From positions 1 through 33,702 of the forward strand of contig JANNKI010000094.1 in NCBI GenBank assembly GCA_031396225.1: a stretch of 33,702 nucleotides of DNA, read 5' to 3'. The DNA comes from a bacterium (lineage in GTDB: Bacteria > Eisenbacteria > RBG-16-71-46). The position numbers were made by a program, and so were the translations under genes. This document shows, one piece after another, positions 15,511 through 23,696 of this stretch. Every line of letters starts with the position of its first letter. The stretch's first letter is position 1. The notes beneath the pieces were generated by a model that saw only the letters and a program-made list of their open reading frames with translations, ran no database searches and was not told the origin of the DNA.

Positions 15511-16310
15511 GCGCACGGCTCGCGGCGTTCGGTGGCGTGTACGCCAATCTCCCCGCGCTCGCCGCCACGCTCGACGACATCGCGCCGCGCGGGATCGCGC
15601 AAGTGTGGTGCCTCGGCGACGTCGGCGGGTTCGGCCCCGACCCGGAGCGCTGCGTGAGCCTGCTGCGCGAGCGTGCCGTGCCCACGGTGCAGGGCAACTA
15701 CGACCACGCGCTCGGCCATCGGCTGGGCGACTGCGCCTGCGGCTACTCGGATCCCGACGACCAGCGCTTCGCGCAACTGAGCTTCGACTACACCGACGTG
15801 CACGTGAACGAGGAGTCGCGCGCCTGGCTCGCGAGCCTTCCGACCGAGGCCCGCTTCACGCTCGGGGGCCGGCGAGTTCTGCTCTGTCACGGCTCGCCGC
15901 GCCGTCAGAACGAGTTCCTGTGGGACAGCGGCTGCTCCGATGCGTTCCTCGAACGGCTGTGCGACGAACAACAGACCGACTTGCTCGTGTGCTCGCACAC
16001 CGGGCTCCACTGGCGGCGCCACCTGGCCGGGGGCCGGTGCGTGGTGAACGCGGGCGCCATCGGACGGCCAGCGCACGACGGCGTGCCCGGCGCAACGTAC
16101 GCCGAGATCGAGGTGGCCGACGGGGCGATCAAGGTGCGCTTCCGCCACGTGCGCTACGACCACGAGGCGCTCGCCCTTCGCATGGAAGACGCGGGGCTGC
16201 CGGCGGAGTTCGCCGAGACGGTGCGCACGGGCTGGTGGACCACGTGCTTCGGTAGCCTGCCGGTGCGCGAACGGCTCGCGGCGCGCGACGCCCGCACCGC
16301 GCATCGCTGA
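15507..16310 (+). CDS. Metallophosphoesterase-fold protein (YfcE/MJ0936-like) with a degenerate motif I
   Basis: Motifs 'CLGDVGGFG' (GD), 'QGNYDH' (GNxD), 'LLCHGSP' and 'VCSHTGLH' are retained. The motif I position reads 'FGGVYANLPAL' where DxH is expected. The GTG start at 15507 overlaps the radical-SAM stop (GTGA). Confidence 0.8.
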   Translation: MSARLAAFGGVYANLPALAATLDDIAPRGIAQVWCLGDVGGFGPDPERCVSLLRERAVPTVQGNYDHALGHRLGDCACGYSDPDDQRFAQLSFDYTDVHVNEESRAWLASLPTEARFTLGGRRVLLCHGSPRRQNEFLWDSGCSDAFLERLCDEQQTDLLVCSHTGLHWRRHLAGGRCVVNAGAIGRPAHDGVPGATYAEIEVADGAIKVRFRHVRYDHEALALRMEDAGLPAEFAETVRTGWWTTCFGSLPVRERLAARDARTAHR

Positions 16311-16317
16311 ACGACGA

Positions 16318-16352
16318 AGGGCGGCGCTCGCGCAAGCGCCGCCCTCGTATTT
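16318..16352. terminator. Bidirectional intrinsic-terminator-like hairpin between convergent genes
   Basis: A 10-bp GC stem GGGCGGCGCT/AGCGCCGCCC with a 6-nt loop is followed by tcgtattt on the plus strand. It lies between the stops at 16310 (+) and 16383 (-). Confidence 0.6.
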
Positions 16353-16382
16353 CATGCCGCGCCGATCGCGCGGGTGCGCCGA

Positions 16383-17084
16383 TTACCGGAAGCGCGCCTT
16401 CAGCTGGCCCCAGCTCGTGGCGCTGACCGGCGTGGGGTTCACCGACTCCATGAGGATGACGGAGTCGTCGAAGTCCTGATCGGAACCGGCCGCGACCGAG
16501 GTCTCCTCGAAGCACAGCCACCACGTGCCGGCGTTTGCTCCGGTGCCCCTGTAGGACACGGCCTGCGCCTGGCCACCCGGGTTCCGGGCGTCCTGCGTGT
16601 AGAACGTGCCGTTCGGACCCTGCAGGTAGAAACTGAACGCTGTCTCGTCCACGCCGCCGAACGTCTGGCTGCCGAGCGGGATGGCGTTTTCGTCGAACCG
16701 GTTCACGGTGAGCAGGTTGCCCGGCTTGAACGTCGCCGTGGCGAAGCCACCCGGGTTGATCGAACCGGGCAGCAGCAGGAACAGCGCGGGCACGCCGGCC
16801 GTGCTGTTGTACATGCCGAAGTTATTGAGATTGGCGTTGGGCGTCTGCTCGATCTGGATCGTGAACGCCGCCGTCCCTGACACGGTGCGCGACCAGGACT
16901 GCGTCGCATCCTGGTCGGTGAGGACGCTGATGGACTCGCCGATGCTGTTCAGATACGCCTGCAACGTCCCGCCGAGCACGGGCACCTGAGGCGCGCGCAG
17001 CGCCGCATCGGCCCGGGACGTGAGAGCGACGGATGCCACCAATGCGACGAGCAGGGTGATCAGTGTGGTAGCCGCACGCTTCAT
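16383..17084 (-). CDS. Secreted protein, DUF4114-like, with the conserved C-terminal tail '...VNPTPVSATSWGQLKARFR'
   Basis: It has a Sec signal peptide (MKRAATTLITLLVALVASVALTSRADA). 'NNFGMY' and 'WWLCFEETSVAAGSDQDFDDSVILMESV' resemble the DUF4114 FEDL...GDxDxND core, from memory. The ATG at 17084 is preceded by GAGGAG. Confidence 0.75.
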   Translation of the reverse strand: MKRAATTLITLLVALVASVALTSRADAALRAPQVPVLGGTLQAYLNSIGESISVLTDQDATQSWSRTVSGTAAFTIQIEQTPNANLNNFGMYNSTAGVPALFLLLPGSINPGGFATATFKPGNLLTVNRFDENAIPLGSQTFGGVDETAFSFYLQGPNGTFYTQDARNPGGQAQAVSYRGTGANAGTWWLCFEETSVAAGSDQDFDDSVILMESVNPTPVSATSWGQLKARFR

Positions 17085-17407
17085 GTGGGGGTCTCCTCGA
17101 TCGGAACGGACGCTGTCGGTGGGCTGGAGGCATCAAACGCCGAGTCGGAAAGTAGCACCCGGCGCGCGCCATGACGATGGGAATCGGTGCGATCCGAGGC
17201 GGTCCAGGAAACGCATCGCACAACGGCAGCCCGGCCCCGCGCTCCTCGCGCGCGCTCGACCCGGCACGCTCATATTCGGGCATACCATACGCTTAGGCGC
17301 ACCACTCCACGCGCCACTTGAAGCAACCCGCTCGCGAGGACGGCTGCCGCCTGCAGCCGCCGCCCGAAAGAAAGTGTGAATCCGGCAGCGCCGCGAGCGC
17401 ACTTGGT

Positions 17408-18718
17408 TCAGCTCCCGCCGCCCCGCCCCAGGTGCCACCACGTCCGCCCGACGAGTTCGTCTGGCAGGTGTTGCTGCGTCTTCGCCGCGTCGGGATCGTC
17501 GTGCGCATACGCGTAGCCCTCGCCGTAGCCCAGGTCCTTCATGAGTCGCGTCGGGGCGTTCAAGATCACCTTGGGTGGTGGCAGCGAACCGCTCTGCTCG
17601 ATCTCGGCCATGACCGCGCCATACGCGCGGTACACCGCATTCGACTTGGGGGCGAGTGCCAGGTGCACCACCACCTGGGCCAGCGCCAGCTCGCCTTCTG
17701 GCGAACCCAGCTGGTGGTAGGCGTTGAACGCCGCCACCGAGACCTGCAGCGCGGTCGGGTCCGCGAGACCCACGTCCTCGCTCGCGAACCGCACGAGACG
17801 CCGCGCAACGTAGAGCCGGTCCTCCCCGGCCGCGATCATGCGCCCGAACCAATAGAGGCTCGCGTCGGGGTCCGAGTCGCGCAGGCTCTTGTGGAGCGCC
17901 GAGATGAGGTTGAAGTGCTCCTCGCCCGCGCGGTCGTAGCGCAGGTGGCGCCGCGCGAGCGCGCCGCGCACGTCGTCCGCGGTGATCGGACGGCCCGCGG
18001 CCACGGCGGTTGCCGCGGCGATCTCGAGCGTGGTGAGCGCACGCCGTGCGTCGCCGTCTGCGGCCGCGGCCAGCAGCTCCAGCGCCTCTTCGCCCGCGGC
18101 CACGCGGCCGGCGAGGCCGCGCTCGTCGGACACCGCGCGCCCCAGCAGCGCGCGCACCGACGGAGGCATGAGTTCCCGAAGCACCAGCACGCGCGCCCGC
18201 GACAGCAGAGCGGAGTTCACCTCGAAGCTCGGGTTCTCGGTGGTGGCGCCGATGAACACGATGTCGCCGCGTTCGACGTGCGACAGGAACGCGTCCTGCT
18301 GCGCCTTGTTGAAACGATGGATCTCGTCCACGAACAGGATGGTGGGTTGCCCCGTGCGCTGGCGGTGCCGCGCCGCGCGCTCCATGACCTCCTTCACCTC
18401 CTTCACGCCCGAGAGCACCGCCGACATCTGCACGAACGGAACATGCGCCGTGCGGGCGACCAGGCGTGCGAGCGTGGTCTTGCCGGTGCCGGGCGGCCCC
18501 CACAGCACGATGCTCGACAGGTGCCGGCCGTCGCGCATGAGCGCGATGGGGCTGCCTTCGGCGAGCAGGTGCTCCTGCCCCACCAACTCCTCGAAGCTCC
18601 TCGGCCGCATGCGGTCGGCGAGCGGTGCGTCCGGTCCGGGATCCGCGGGCAGCCCGCCGTATCCGCGGCCGGCGGTTCCGCGCGCGTCGGGGGAGTCGCC
18701 GAACAGGTCGCCGGTCAC
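17408..18718 (-). CDS. rarA: Replication-associated recombination protein A (AAA+ ATPase RarA/MgsA)
   Basis: Motifs 'LWGPPGTGKTT', 'ILFVDEIHRFNKAQQD', 'IGATTENPSFEV' and 'LHKSLRDSDPDASLYW' are present. The GTG start at 18718 overlaps the cbiO stop (GTGA). I trimmed the 747-aa ORF-track call. Confidence 0.92.
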   Translation of the reverse strand: MTGDLFGDSPDARGTAGRGYGGLPADPGPDAPLADRMRPRSFEELVGQEHLLAEGSPIALMRDGRHLSSIVLWGPPGTGKTTLARLVARTAHVPFVQMSAVLSGVKEVKEVMERAARHRQRTGQPTILFVDEIHRFNKAQQDAFLSHVERGDIVFIGATTENPSFEVNSALLSRARVLVLRELMPPSVRALLGRAVSDERGLAGRVAAGEEALELLAAAADGDARRALTTLEIAAATAVAAGRPITADDVRGALARRHLRYDRAGEEHFNLISALHKSLRDSDPDASLYWFGRMIAAGEDRLYVARRLVRFASEDVGLADPTALQVSVAAFNAYHQLGSPEGELALAQVVVHLALAPKSNAVYRAYGAVMAEIEQSGSLPPPKVILNAPTRLMKDLGYGEGYAYAHDDPDAAKTQQHLPDELVGRTWWHLGRGGGS

Positions 18719-19704
18719 GGGCGGCCGGCGTCCCCCGGTGCGCCTGGAACGCTCACCGGCACGGCCGATGCGGGGGCGGCCACCCTTCGACCGTGTTCGT
18801 CGCGTAGTGCTGTGGCCACGGCCACCGCGGCGCGGTCGCGTTCCTCGGCCGCCCAGCGCATCAGGCGAAGCGCGGCTTCCTCGGGAGACTGCGGCCGGCC
18901 GAGCGCGTGCCCGGCCCGCTCCAGCCGTTGAAACAGATCCGCCAGAACCGGAGGCTCGATGTTGGAGGCGCGCAGCAGGTCCGGGTCCTGGAACACCTCG
19001 GCGGGCGGGCCTTGCGCCACGATCTCGCCGCCCGCCTTGAGCACGTAGACCTTGTCGGCGAGCGGAACGACCATCTGCACGTCGTGCGTGGCGATCACGA
19101 ACGACACGCCGTGTTCCCGGTTCAATCGGTCGAGCAGCTCGACCATCTCGCTCCGCGACGCCGGGTCCAGTCCCTCGAACGGCTCGTCCAGCACGAGCAG
19201 CTCGGGCTCGAGCACGAGCGCGCCCGCCAGCGCCACCTTGTGCTTTTCGCCGCCCGACAGGTAGTGGCAGACCTTGTGCCGCAGGTGCTCGATACCCATG
19301 CGCCGGAGCGCGAAGTTCACCTTGTGCTCCACTTCGGCCTCGGTGTAGCCATAGTTTCTCGGCGTGAACGAGACGTCGTCCCACACGGTGGGCGCGATGA
19401 TCTGTTCGTCGGCGTTTTGAAGCAGCACGCCCAGGCGTTCGCGGATCTTCGAGAACTGCCGGGCGGGGTCCACGCCGAACACGCTCACCACGCCCTCCTC
19501 GGGTCGCAGCAGGCCGAGGATGTGATAGAGCAGCGTGCTCTTGCCGCAGCCGTTCGGGCCCAACACCACCACGCGCTGCCCGGCCTCGACCACGAAGTCG
19601 AGCCCGCACAGGTGCACGCTGGTCTTGTCCGGGTACGTGTGCCGCACGCACGACACGCGCACGATGGGTTCGGGGCCGGCGTGCCGCTCGCGCGCGGGAT
19701 TCAC
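18715..19704 (-). CDS. cbiO: ECF/Cbi-type transporter ATPase (CbiO family) with a roughly 60-aa C-terminal extension
   Basis: Walker A 'GPNGCGKST', signature 'LSGGEKHKVALA' and Walker B 'LLVLDEP' are present. The GTG start at 19704 overlaps the cbiQ stop (GTGA). Confidence 0.88.
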   Translation of the reverse strand: MNPARERHAGPEPIVRVSCVRHTYPDKTSVHLCGLDFVVEAGQRVVVLGPNGCGKSTLLYHILGLLRPEEGVVSVFGVDPARQFSKIRERLGVLLQNADEQIIAPTVWDDVSFTPRNYGYTEAEVEHKVNFALRRMGIEHLRHKVCHYLSGGEKHKVALAGALVLEPELLVLDEPFEGLDPASRSEMVELLDRLNREHGVSFVIATHDVQMVVPLADKVYVLKAGGEIVAQGPPAEVFQDPDLLRASNIEPPVLADLFQRLERAGHALGRPQSPEEAALRLMRWAAEERDRAAVAVATALRDEHGRRVAAPASAVPVSVPGAPGDAGRP

Positions 19705-20426
19705 TCCGGCCTCAGGTGCCCGAGCACCGCGATCGCTCCAACCGCCCAGAGCGCCGCGACCAGGACCCAAAAGTCCTCGCGGGTGAACTCGAGGTAGTGG
19801 CGGCAGCCACAGATGCGGCCCGAATGGCCGCGCAGTTGCATGGCCTGGTAGAGACGCTGGCTCCGGTCGAAGCCCGACACGACCACCGTCCCCACCGCCT
19901 CGCCGAGCAGCGAGAAGCGCTCGCGCACCGGCCGCGCCATCGCACCGCGCAGCCGGAGCGCCGACCACATGCGCTCCACGCGCGCGAGCAGCGCGAACAC
20001 CGCGCGGTAAGTGAGGAACAGGCTGTCGCCCACGCCTCGGGGCAGAAGTCGCGAGATCGGCGCGAACAGGTCGGGGTAGGGCGTGGTGCTCACGAGCCAC
20101 ACGGCGGTGAGGCTCGCCACCATGGGGCGTACGATGAGGATCAATGGCGCGTCCCAGTCGGACTTGAGATGCGCCAGCACGAAGATCAACGAGAACATCA
20201 GCGGCGTGGACGCCGCGGCGAGCGCCAGCCGCCGCGGCACGTGCGCACTCACGCACAGCGCGACCGCGGTCACGAGCAGCGCCAGCAGCACTCCCCACGA
20301 CGGCGTGATCACCGCGAGCGCCACGTACCAGACCGTGAGCAGCAGCTTGGCGAACGCGCTCGAACGGTGCCACACGGAGTTTCCCGCGCTGGCGAGATAG
20401 TCGATCTGGGCGAACGTGTTGATCAT
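19701..20426 (-). CDS. cbiQ: ECF transporter transmembrane (T) component CbiQ
   Basis: This is a multi-TM protein between cbiM and cbiO with a CbiQ-like 'RAVFALLARVERMWSALRLRG' region. Its ATG overlaps the cbiM stop (ATGA). Confidence 0.82.
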   Translation of the reverse strand: MINTFAQIDYLASAGNSVWHRSSAFAKLLLTVWYVALAVITPSWGVLLALLVTAVALCVSAHVPRRLALAAASTPLMFSLIFVLAHLKSDWDAPLILIVRPMVASLTAVWLVSTTPYPDLFAPISRLLPRGVGDSLFLTYRAVFALLARVERMWSALRLRGAMARPVRERFSLLGEAVGTVVVSGFDRSQRLYQAMQLRGHSGRICGCRHYLEFTREDFWVLVAALWAVGAIAVLGHLRPE

Positions 20427-21148
20427 CGGAGGCTCGGGGTGCTGGGAGTGCCCGCGGCTGGGGCCGGGTCGCCGCCCCGGGCGAGGGGGACGGGCAGGAG
20501 TTCAGGGCGCACCCGGGACAGGAAGTGGGCCAGACCATACCCGAGGAAAGATTCGAGTGCGACGGCCAGCAACAACAGCGGGATGATGATGGCGGCGCCT
20601 GTCCGGTGCCAGACCGAAACCAGCGTGTGCGCCAGGGGATGCTCGCCGGCCACGGTGGGCGTGAGCCTTACGGACAGCAGCAGCAGCATCACCCAGAACG
20701 CGGTGGACAAAAGTTGGGACAACGCGGTGGCGAGCGCCATCGCCCGCGCCGGGCCCAGGGCTCCCACACTGCGGAGGTAGATCGGCCGCGCGGTCGCCGC
20801 CCCCAGGCCCAGCACGAGGGCGTTGAGTCCGACCACGGTGAACCCACCCTGGCCGAGCAGCGCCAGGATGAGCGTGACCACGAAGCTCACCTGGAACGAC
20901 GACGCCGCGCCGAGCAGTACGCCGACCGGACCGGCGAGCGTCATGCAGTAGTCGAACGCCGTGATCGGTACCGGCAGCGCCATGACGGCGAGCATGATCC
21001 CCCCGAGCGAACTCTGGAACGCGACGAGGCGGGTACCGCCAGGCTGCGAGGCCCGCGAGCTCCAGAAGAGCAGGATCAGGGCCAGCAACAACCCGGCGAT
21101 CCAGAGCACGGGCGGCAGTACGCCGTCGGGGATGTGAAGGTGGGACAT
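20423..21148 (-). CDS. cbiM: CbiM/NikM-family metal (Co/Ni) substrate-capture component
   Basis: The N-terminus 'MSHLHIPDGVL' contains the family HIPDG signature in a polytopic protein. The ATG at 21148 is preceded by AAGGAA. Confidence 0.82.
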   Translation of the reverse strand: MSHLHIPDGVLPPVLWIAGLLLALILLFWSSRASQPGGTRLVAFQSSLGGIMLAVMALPVPITAFDYCMTLAGPVGVLLGAASSFQVSFVVTLILALLGQGGFTVVGLNALVLGLGAATARPIYLRSVGALGPARAMALATALSQLLSTAFWVMLLLLSVRLTPTVAGEHPLAHTLVSVWHRTGAAIIIPLLLLAVALESFLGYGLAHFLSRVRPELLPVPLARGGDPAPAAGTPSTPSLR

Positions 21149-21265
21149 GGCGTTCCTTGGGATGTGATTCGAGCGGGAGCGGATCGGCCTGCCACTCTAA
21201 CAGGGGTGTCCAGCGGGCGGCATCGCAGCGGCGGCCCGGGCCACCCGGGGCTCCGAGGCGACGCC

Positions 21266-22039
21266 TCAAGGCGCCCAGGCCAACACTGCGCCGGAGGTGC
21301 GGGCCCCGTGTTCTCGCAAGAGCTCCAGGCACTCGCAGAGGGTCGAGCCGGTGGTGAGCACGTCGTCCACCACCAGCACGCGTCGACCGCGAACCCATGC
21401 CGGCCGTGCCACCCTGAACGCTCCGCGCACGTTCCTCCGCCGTTCGCCGGGCGAGAGTCCGCTCTGGGCGTGGGTGGCCCGCACGCGCCGTAGGATCCCC
21501 GGCACGAATGGCGCCCCGAGCGCTTCCGCGAGCGCCTCGCCGAGACACGCCGCCTGGTCGTAGCCGCGCTCGCGGAGCCGCGTGGCATGCAACGGCACGC
21601 TCGTGACGAGGTCTGGATGGCGCGCTTTGTCGGGAAGCGCGCGCGCGAGGTCGGCGACATGCGCGGTCGCCAGACTTGGCCGCGCGTCGAACTTGAGCGC
21701 GTGGACGAGCAGCGCGACGCGCTCGTCGTACACCCAGGCGGCGTGGACGCTGTCGCCGGGATGACGGGCACAGCTGTCGGGCGGCTGCTCATCGCGCAGG
21801 CAACGCGCGCACACCGCTGCGTCCATCCTCGGCAGTCGCGCCAGGCAGCGCTCGCACAGGAATCGCGCCGGGTCCACCGCGACGCCGCAGCCTGGACAGC
21901 GCTGCGGCAGCAGGAACTCGAGCAGGTCGCCGAGAGAGGTTCGCAGCGGCGCAACGGCTCGCGCGACGAAGCGCACCGCGAGTGGAAGCACTTCGGAGGT
22001 GGAGGGCACGAGGGGGCGTGCCCGCCTCAGCGCGGCCAT
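21266..22039 (-). CDS. comF: ComF-family protein (phosphoribosyltransferase domain)
   Basis: An N-terminal zinc-finger-like 'CPGCG...CERC...CARC' is present, along with the PRT motif 'VLVVDDVLTTGST'. The ATG at 22039 overlaps the aroE 3' end by 13 nt. Confidence 0.85.
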   Translation of the reverse strand: MAALRRARPLVPSTSEVLPLAVRFVARAVAPLRTSLGDLLEFLLPQRCPGCGVAVDPARFLCERCLARLPRMDAAVCARCLRDEQPPDSCARHPGDSVHAAWVYDERVALLVHALKFDARPSLATAHVADLARALPDKARHPDLVTSVPLHATRLRERGYDQAACLGEALAEALGAPFVPGILRRVRATHAQSGLSPGERRRNVRGAFRVARPAWVRGRRVLVVDDVLTTGSTLCECLELLREHGARTSGAVLAWAP

Positions 22040-22842
22040 CCCACGGCAGCCGCGAGCGGCGCCAACGGCACCTCGCGACCGAGCCAGATCGTCAGCGAGC
22101 GACGCGCCTGGTGCACGAGCAGCCCGAGGCCGTCCACCGCTTCGAGGCCGAGTGATCGCGCCTGCGCGACCCACGGCGTCACGGCCTCGCCATAGCCGAG
22201 ATCCACCACCAGCGTCCCACGCCGGAGTGGCTCGAGCGCGGTCGGGGACTCTCCGCCCCCGAGCGGCGTGCAGTTCACCACCACGTCGGCCGAAGCGATC
22301 GCTGTGCTTGCGTCGGACGAGCCCCACTCACTCCAGCGCTCCCCGAGCGCTCCCCCCCACGCCGCCTCGGGCCCGGGATCGCGGCGCGATACGACGCGAA
22401 CGCCGCTCCGGCCCGCCTCCCCCAACGCCAGCGCGAGGCTCCTCGCCGAGCCGCCCGCACCGAGAAGCACGATCTCCGCTTGGGCCGGATCACGATCGAG
22501 CGTGCGGAGCAGGTCCACGAACCCCTCGCCGTCGGTGGTGTCCGCGTGCAGGCCCGAGGAGCGGAACGTGATCGTGTTGACCGATCGCGCGCGCCGCGCG
22601 GCAGGGCTGGCGTCGACGACGCAATCCAGTGCTGGACCCTTGAGCGGCATGGTGAGGTTGCAGCCCGTGAATCCCTCCGCCGCCAGGCGCTCGAGCGTCG
22701 GGCGCAACTCGGCGAGCGGGGTGCGCAGCGCCTGGCTCTCGCACGCCACACCGAGCGCGGCGCAGCCGGCGCGGTGGAGCTCAGGCGATCGCGTGAAACG
22801 CAGCGGGTCGCCCAGCACCGCGAGGCGTATCCCCGCGCTCAT
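22027..22842 (-). CDS. aroE: Shikimate dehydrogenase
   Basis: Motifs 'LGDPLRFTRSPELH', 'GCNLTMPLK' and 'LLGAGGSARS' are present. The ATG at 22842 overlaps the lgt stop (ATGA). I trimmed the 481-aa ORF-track call. Confidence 0.85.
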   Translation of the reverse strand: MSAGIRLAVLGDPLRFTRSPELHRAGCAALGVACESQALRTPLAELRPTLERLAAEGFTGCNLTMPLKGPALDCVVDASPAARRARSVNTITFRSSGLHADTTDGEGFVDLLRTLDRDPAQAEIVLLGAGGSARSLALALGEAGRSGVRVVSRRDPGPEAAWGGALGERWSEWGSSDASTAIASADVVVNCTPLGGGESPTALEPLRRGTLVVDLGYGEAVTPWVAQARSLGLEAVDGLGLLVHQARRSLTIWLGREVPLAPLAAAVGWPR

Positions 22843-23696
22843 GGCAGCGGCGGCGGAGGGGAAGGGTCGGTGGGGAGTGAAATGTGGGAGGGCGGGACTC
22901 TTTGGCGCGTCACCTCGAGCGGCACGCTTCGGCGCAGGCGCACGATCATGAGCAGGCCGAAGAGCATCATGCCGAGACTCATGAGCTGGCTCTCGGTGAT
23001 GTCCAACGTGCCCACGCGCAGGAGCACGGCGTCGGGCTCGTAGGCGCGCGTCAGGTCGATCGGGATGCGCGCCAGCGCGAACGTCACGATGAAGCTCCAG
23101 AACAGCACTCCCGGCACGCGGAATCGCCCGCGCAGCGCCTGGAACGCCACGAACAGCGCCAGCCCCACGGCTGCGTTGTAGAGCTGGGAAGGATGCACCG
23201 GCTGGTCGCCAAACTCGAGGTACGCGAACGAGTCGTGCGGGAACACCACACCCCACGCCTGCGACGTGGGGTGGCCGTAGCAGCAACCGTTCAAGAAGCA
23301 GCCGATGCGCCCGAACATCGTGCCCAAGGCGAGCGCCGGCGTGAGCGCGTCCGCGGTGATCCACACCGGCAGCTTCATGCGCTTCGCCGCCACCAGGCCC
23401 GCGAACGTGCCGGCCGCGATGCCGCCATAGAGCGTGAGCCCGCCCTGCCACAGGGCAAGCGCACTGGTCCACTCCCTCCGGAACTCGGGCAGGTGCTCCA
23501 GCACGTACAGCATGCGCGCGCCCAACACCGAGGCGATGAGCGTGACGAGGATCACGTTCACAACCTTGTCCTCGTCGAGCCCCACCCGTCGCGCCTCGCG
23601 CAGCCCGAGGAACGTGCCCACGACGAACGCCATCGCCATGAGCAGGCCGTAGCTGCGCAGGTGGATCGGGCCGAATTGCAGCAACTCCGGGTGCAT
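22839..23696 (-). CDS. lgt: Prolipoprotein diacylglyceryl transferase
   Basis: Motifs 'IHLRSYGLLMAMAF', 'LWQGGLTLYGG', 'GRIGCFLNGCCYG' and 'HPSQLY' are present. The ATG shares one nucleotide with the rodA stop (TGATG at 23696). Confidence 0.92.
   Translation of the reverse strand: MHPELLQFGPIHLRSYGLLMAMAFVVGTFLGLREARRVGLDEDKVVNVILVTLIASVLGARMLYVLEHLPEFRREWTSALALWQGGLTLYGGIAAGTFAGLVAAKRMKLPVWITADALTPALALGTMFGRIGCFLNGCCYGHPTSQAWGVVFPHDSFAYLEFGDQPVHPSQLYNAAVGLALFVAFQALRGRFRVPGVLFWSFIVTFALARIPIDLTRAYEPDAVLLRVGTLDITESQLMSLGMMLFGLLMIVRLRRSVPLEVTRQRVPPSHISLPTDPSPPPPLP

Noticed and set aside
17085-17407. The 323-nt gap between the secreted-protein gene and rarA, considered as a site for a hidden gene or RNA.
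   Set aside because: It contains only short, Arg-rich frames. One 7-bp hairpin (CGGCTGC-cgcct-GCAGCCG, 17341-17359) has no U-tract and may be a weak rarA terminator. There is not enough evidence to call anything.
21149-21265. A cobalamin or NiCo riboswitch in the cbiM leader.
   Set aside because: I could not find a B12-box-like element or other conserved riboswitch core by eye. The only clear structures are short GC hairpins (CCCGGG-cca-CCCGGG at 21235-21249), which more likely belong to the comF 3' end. A covariance-model scan is needed to be certain.
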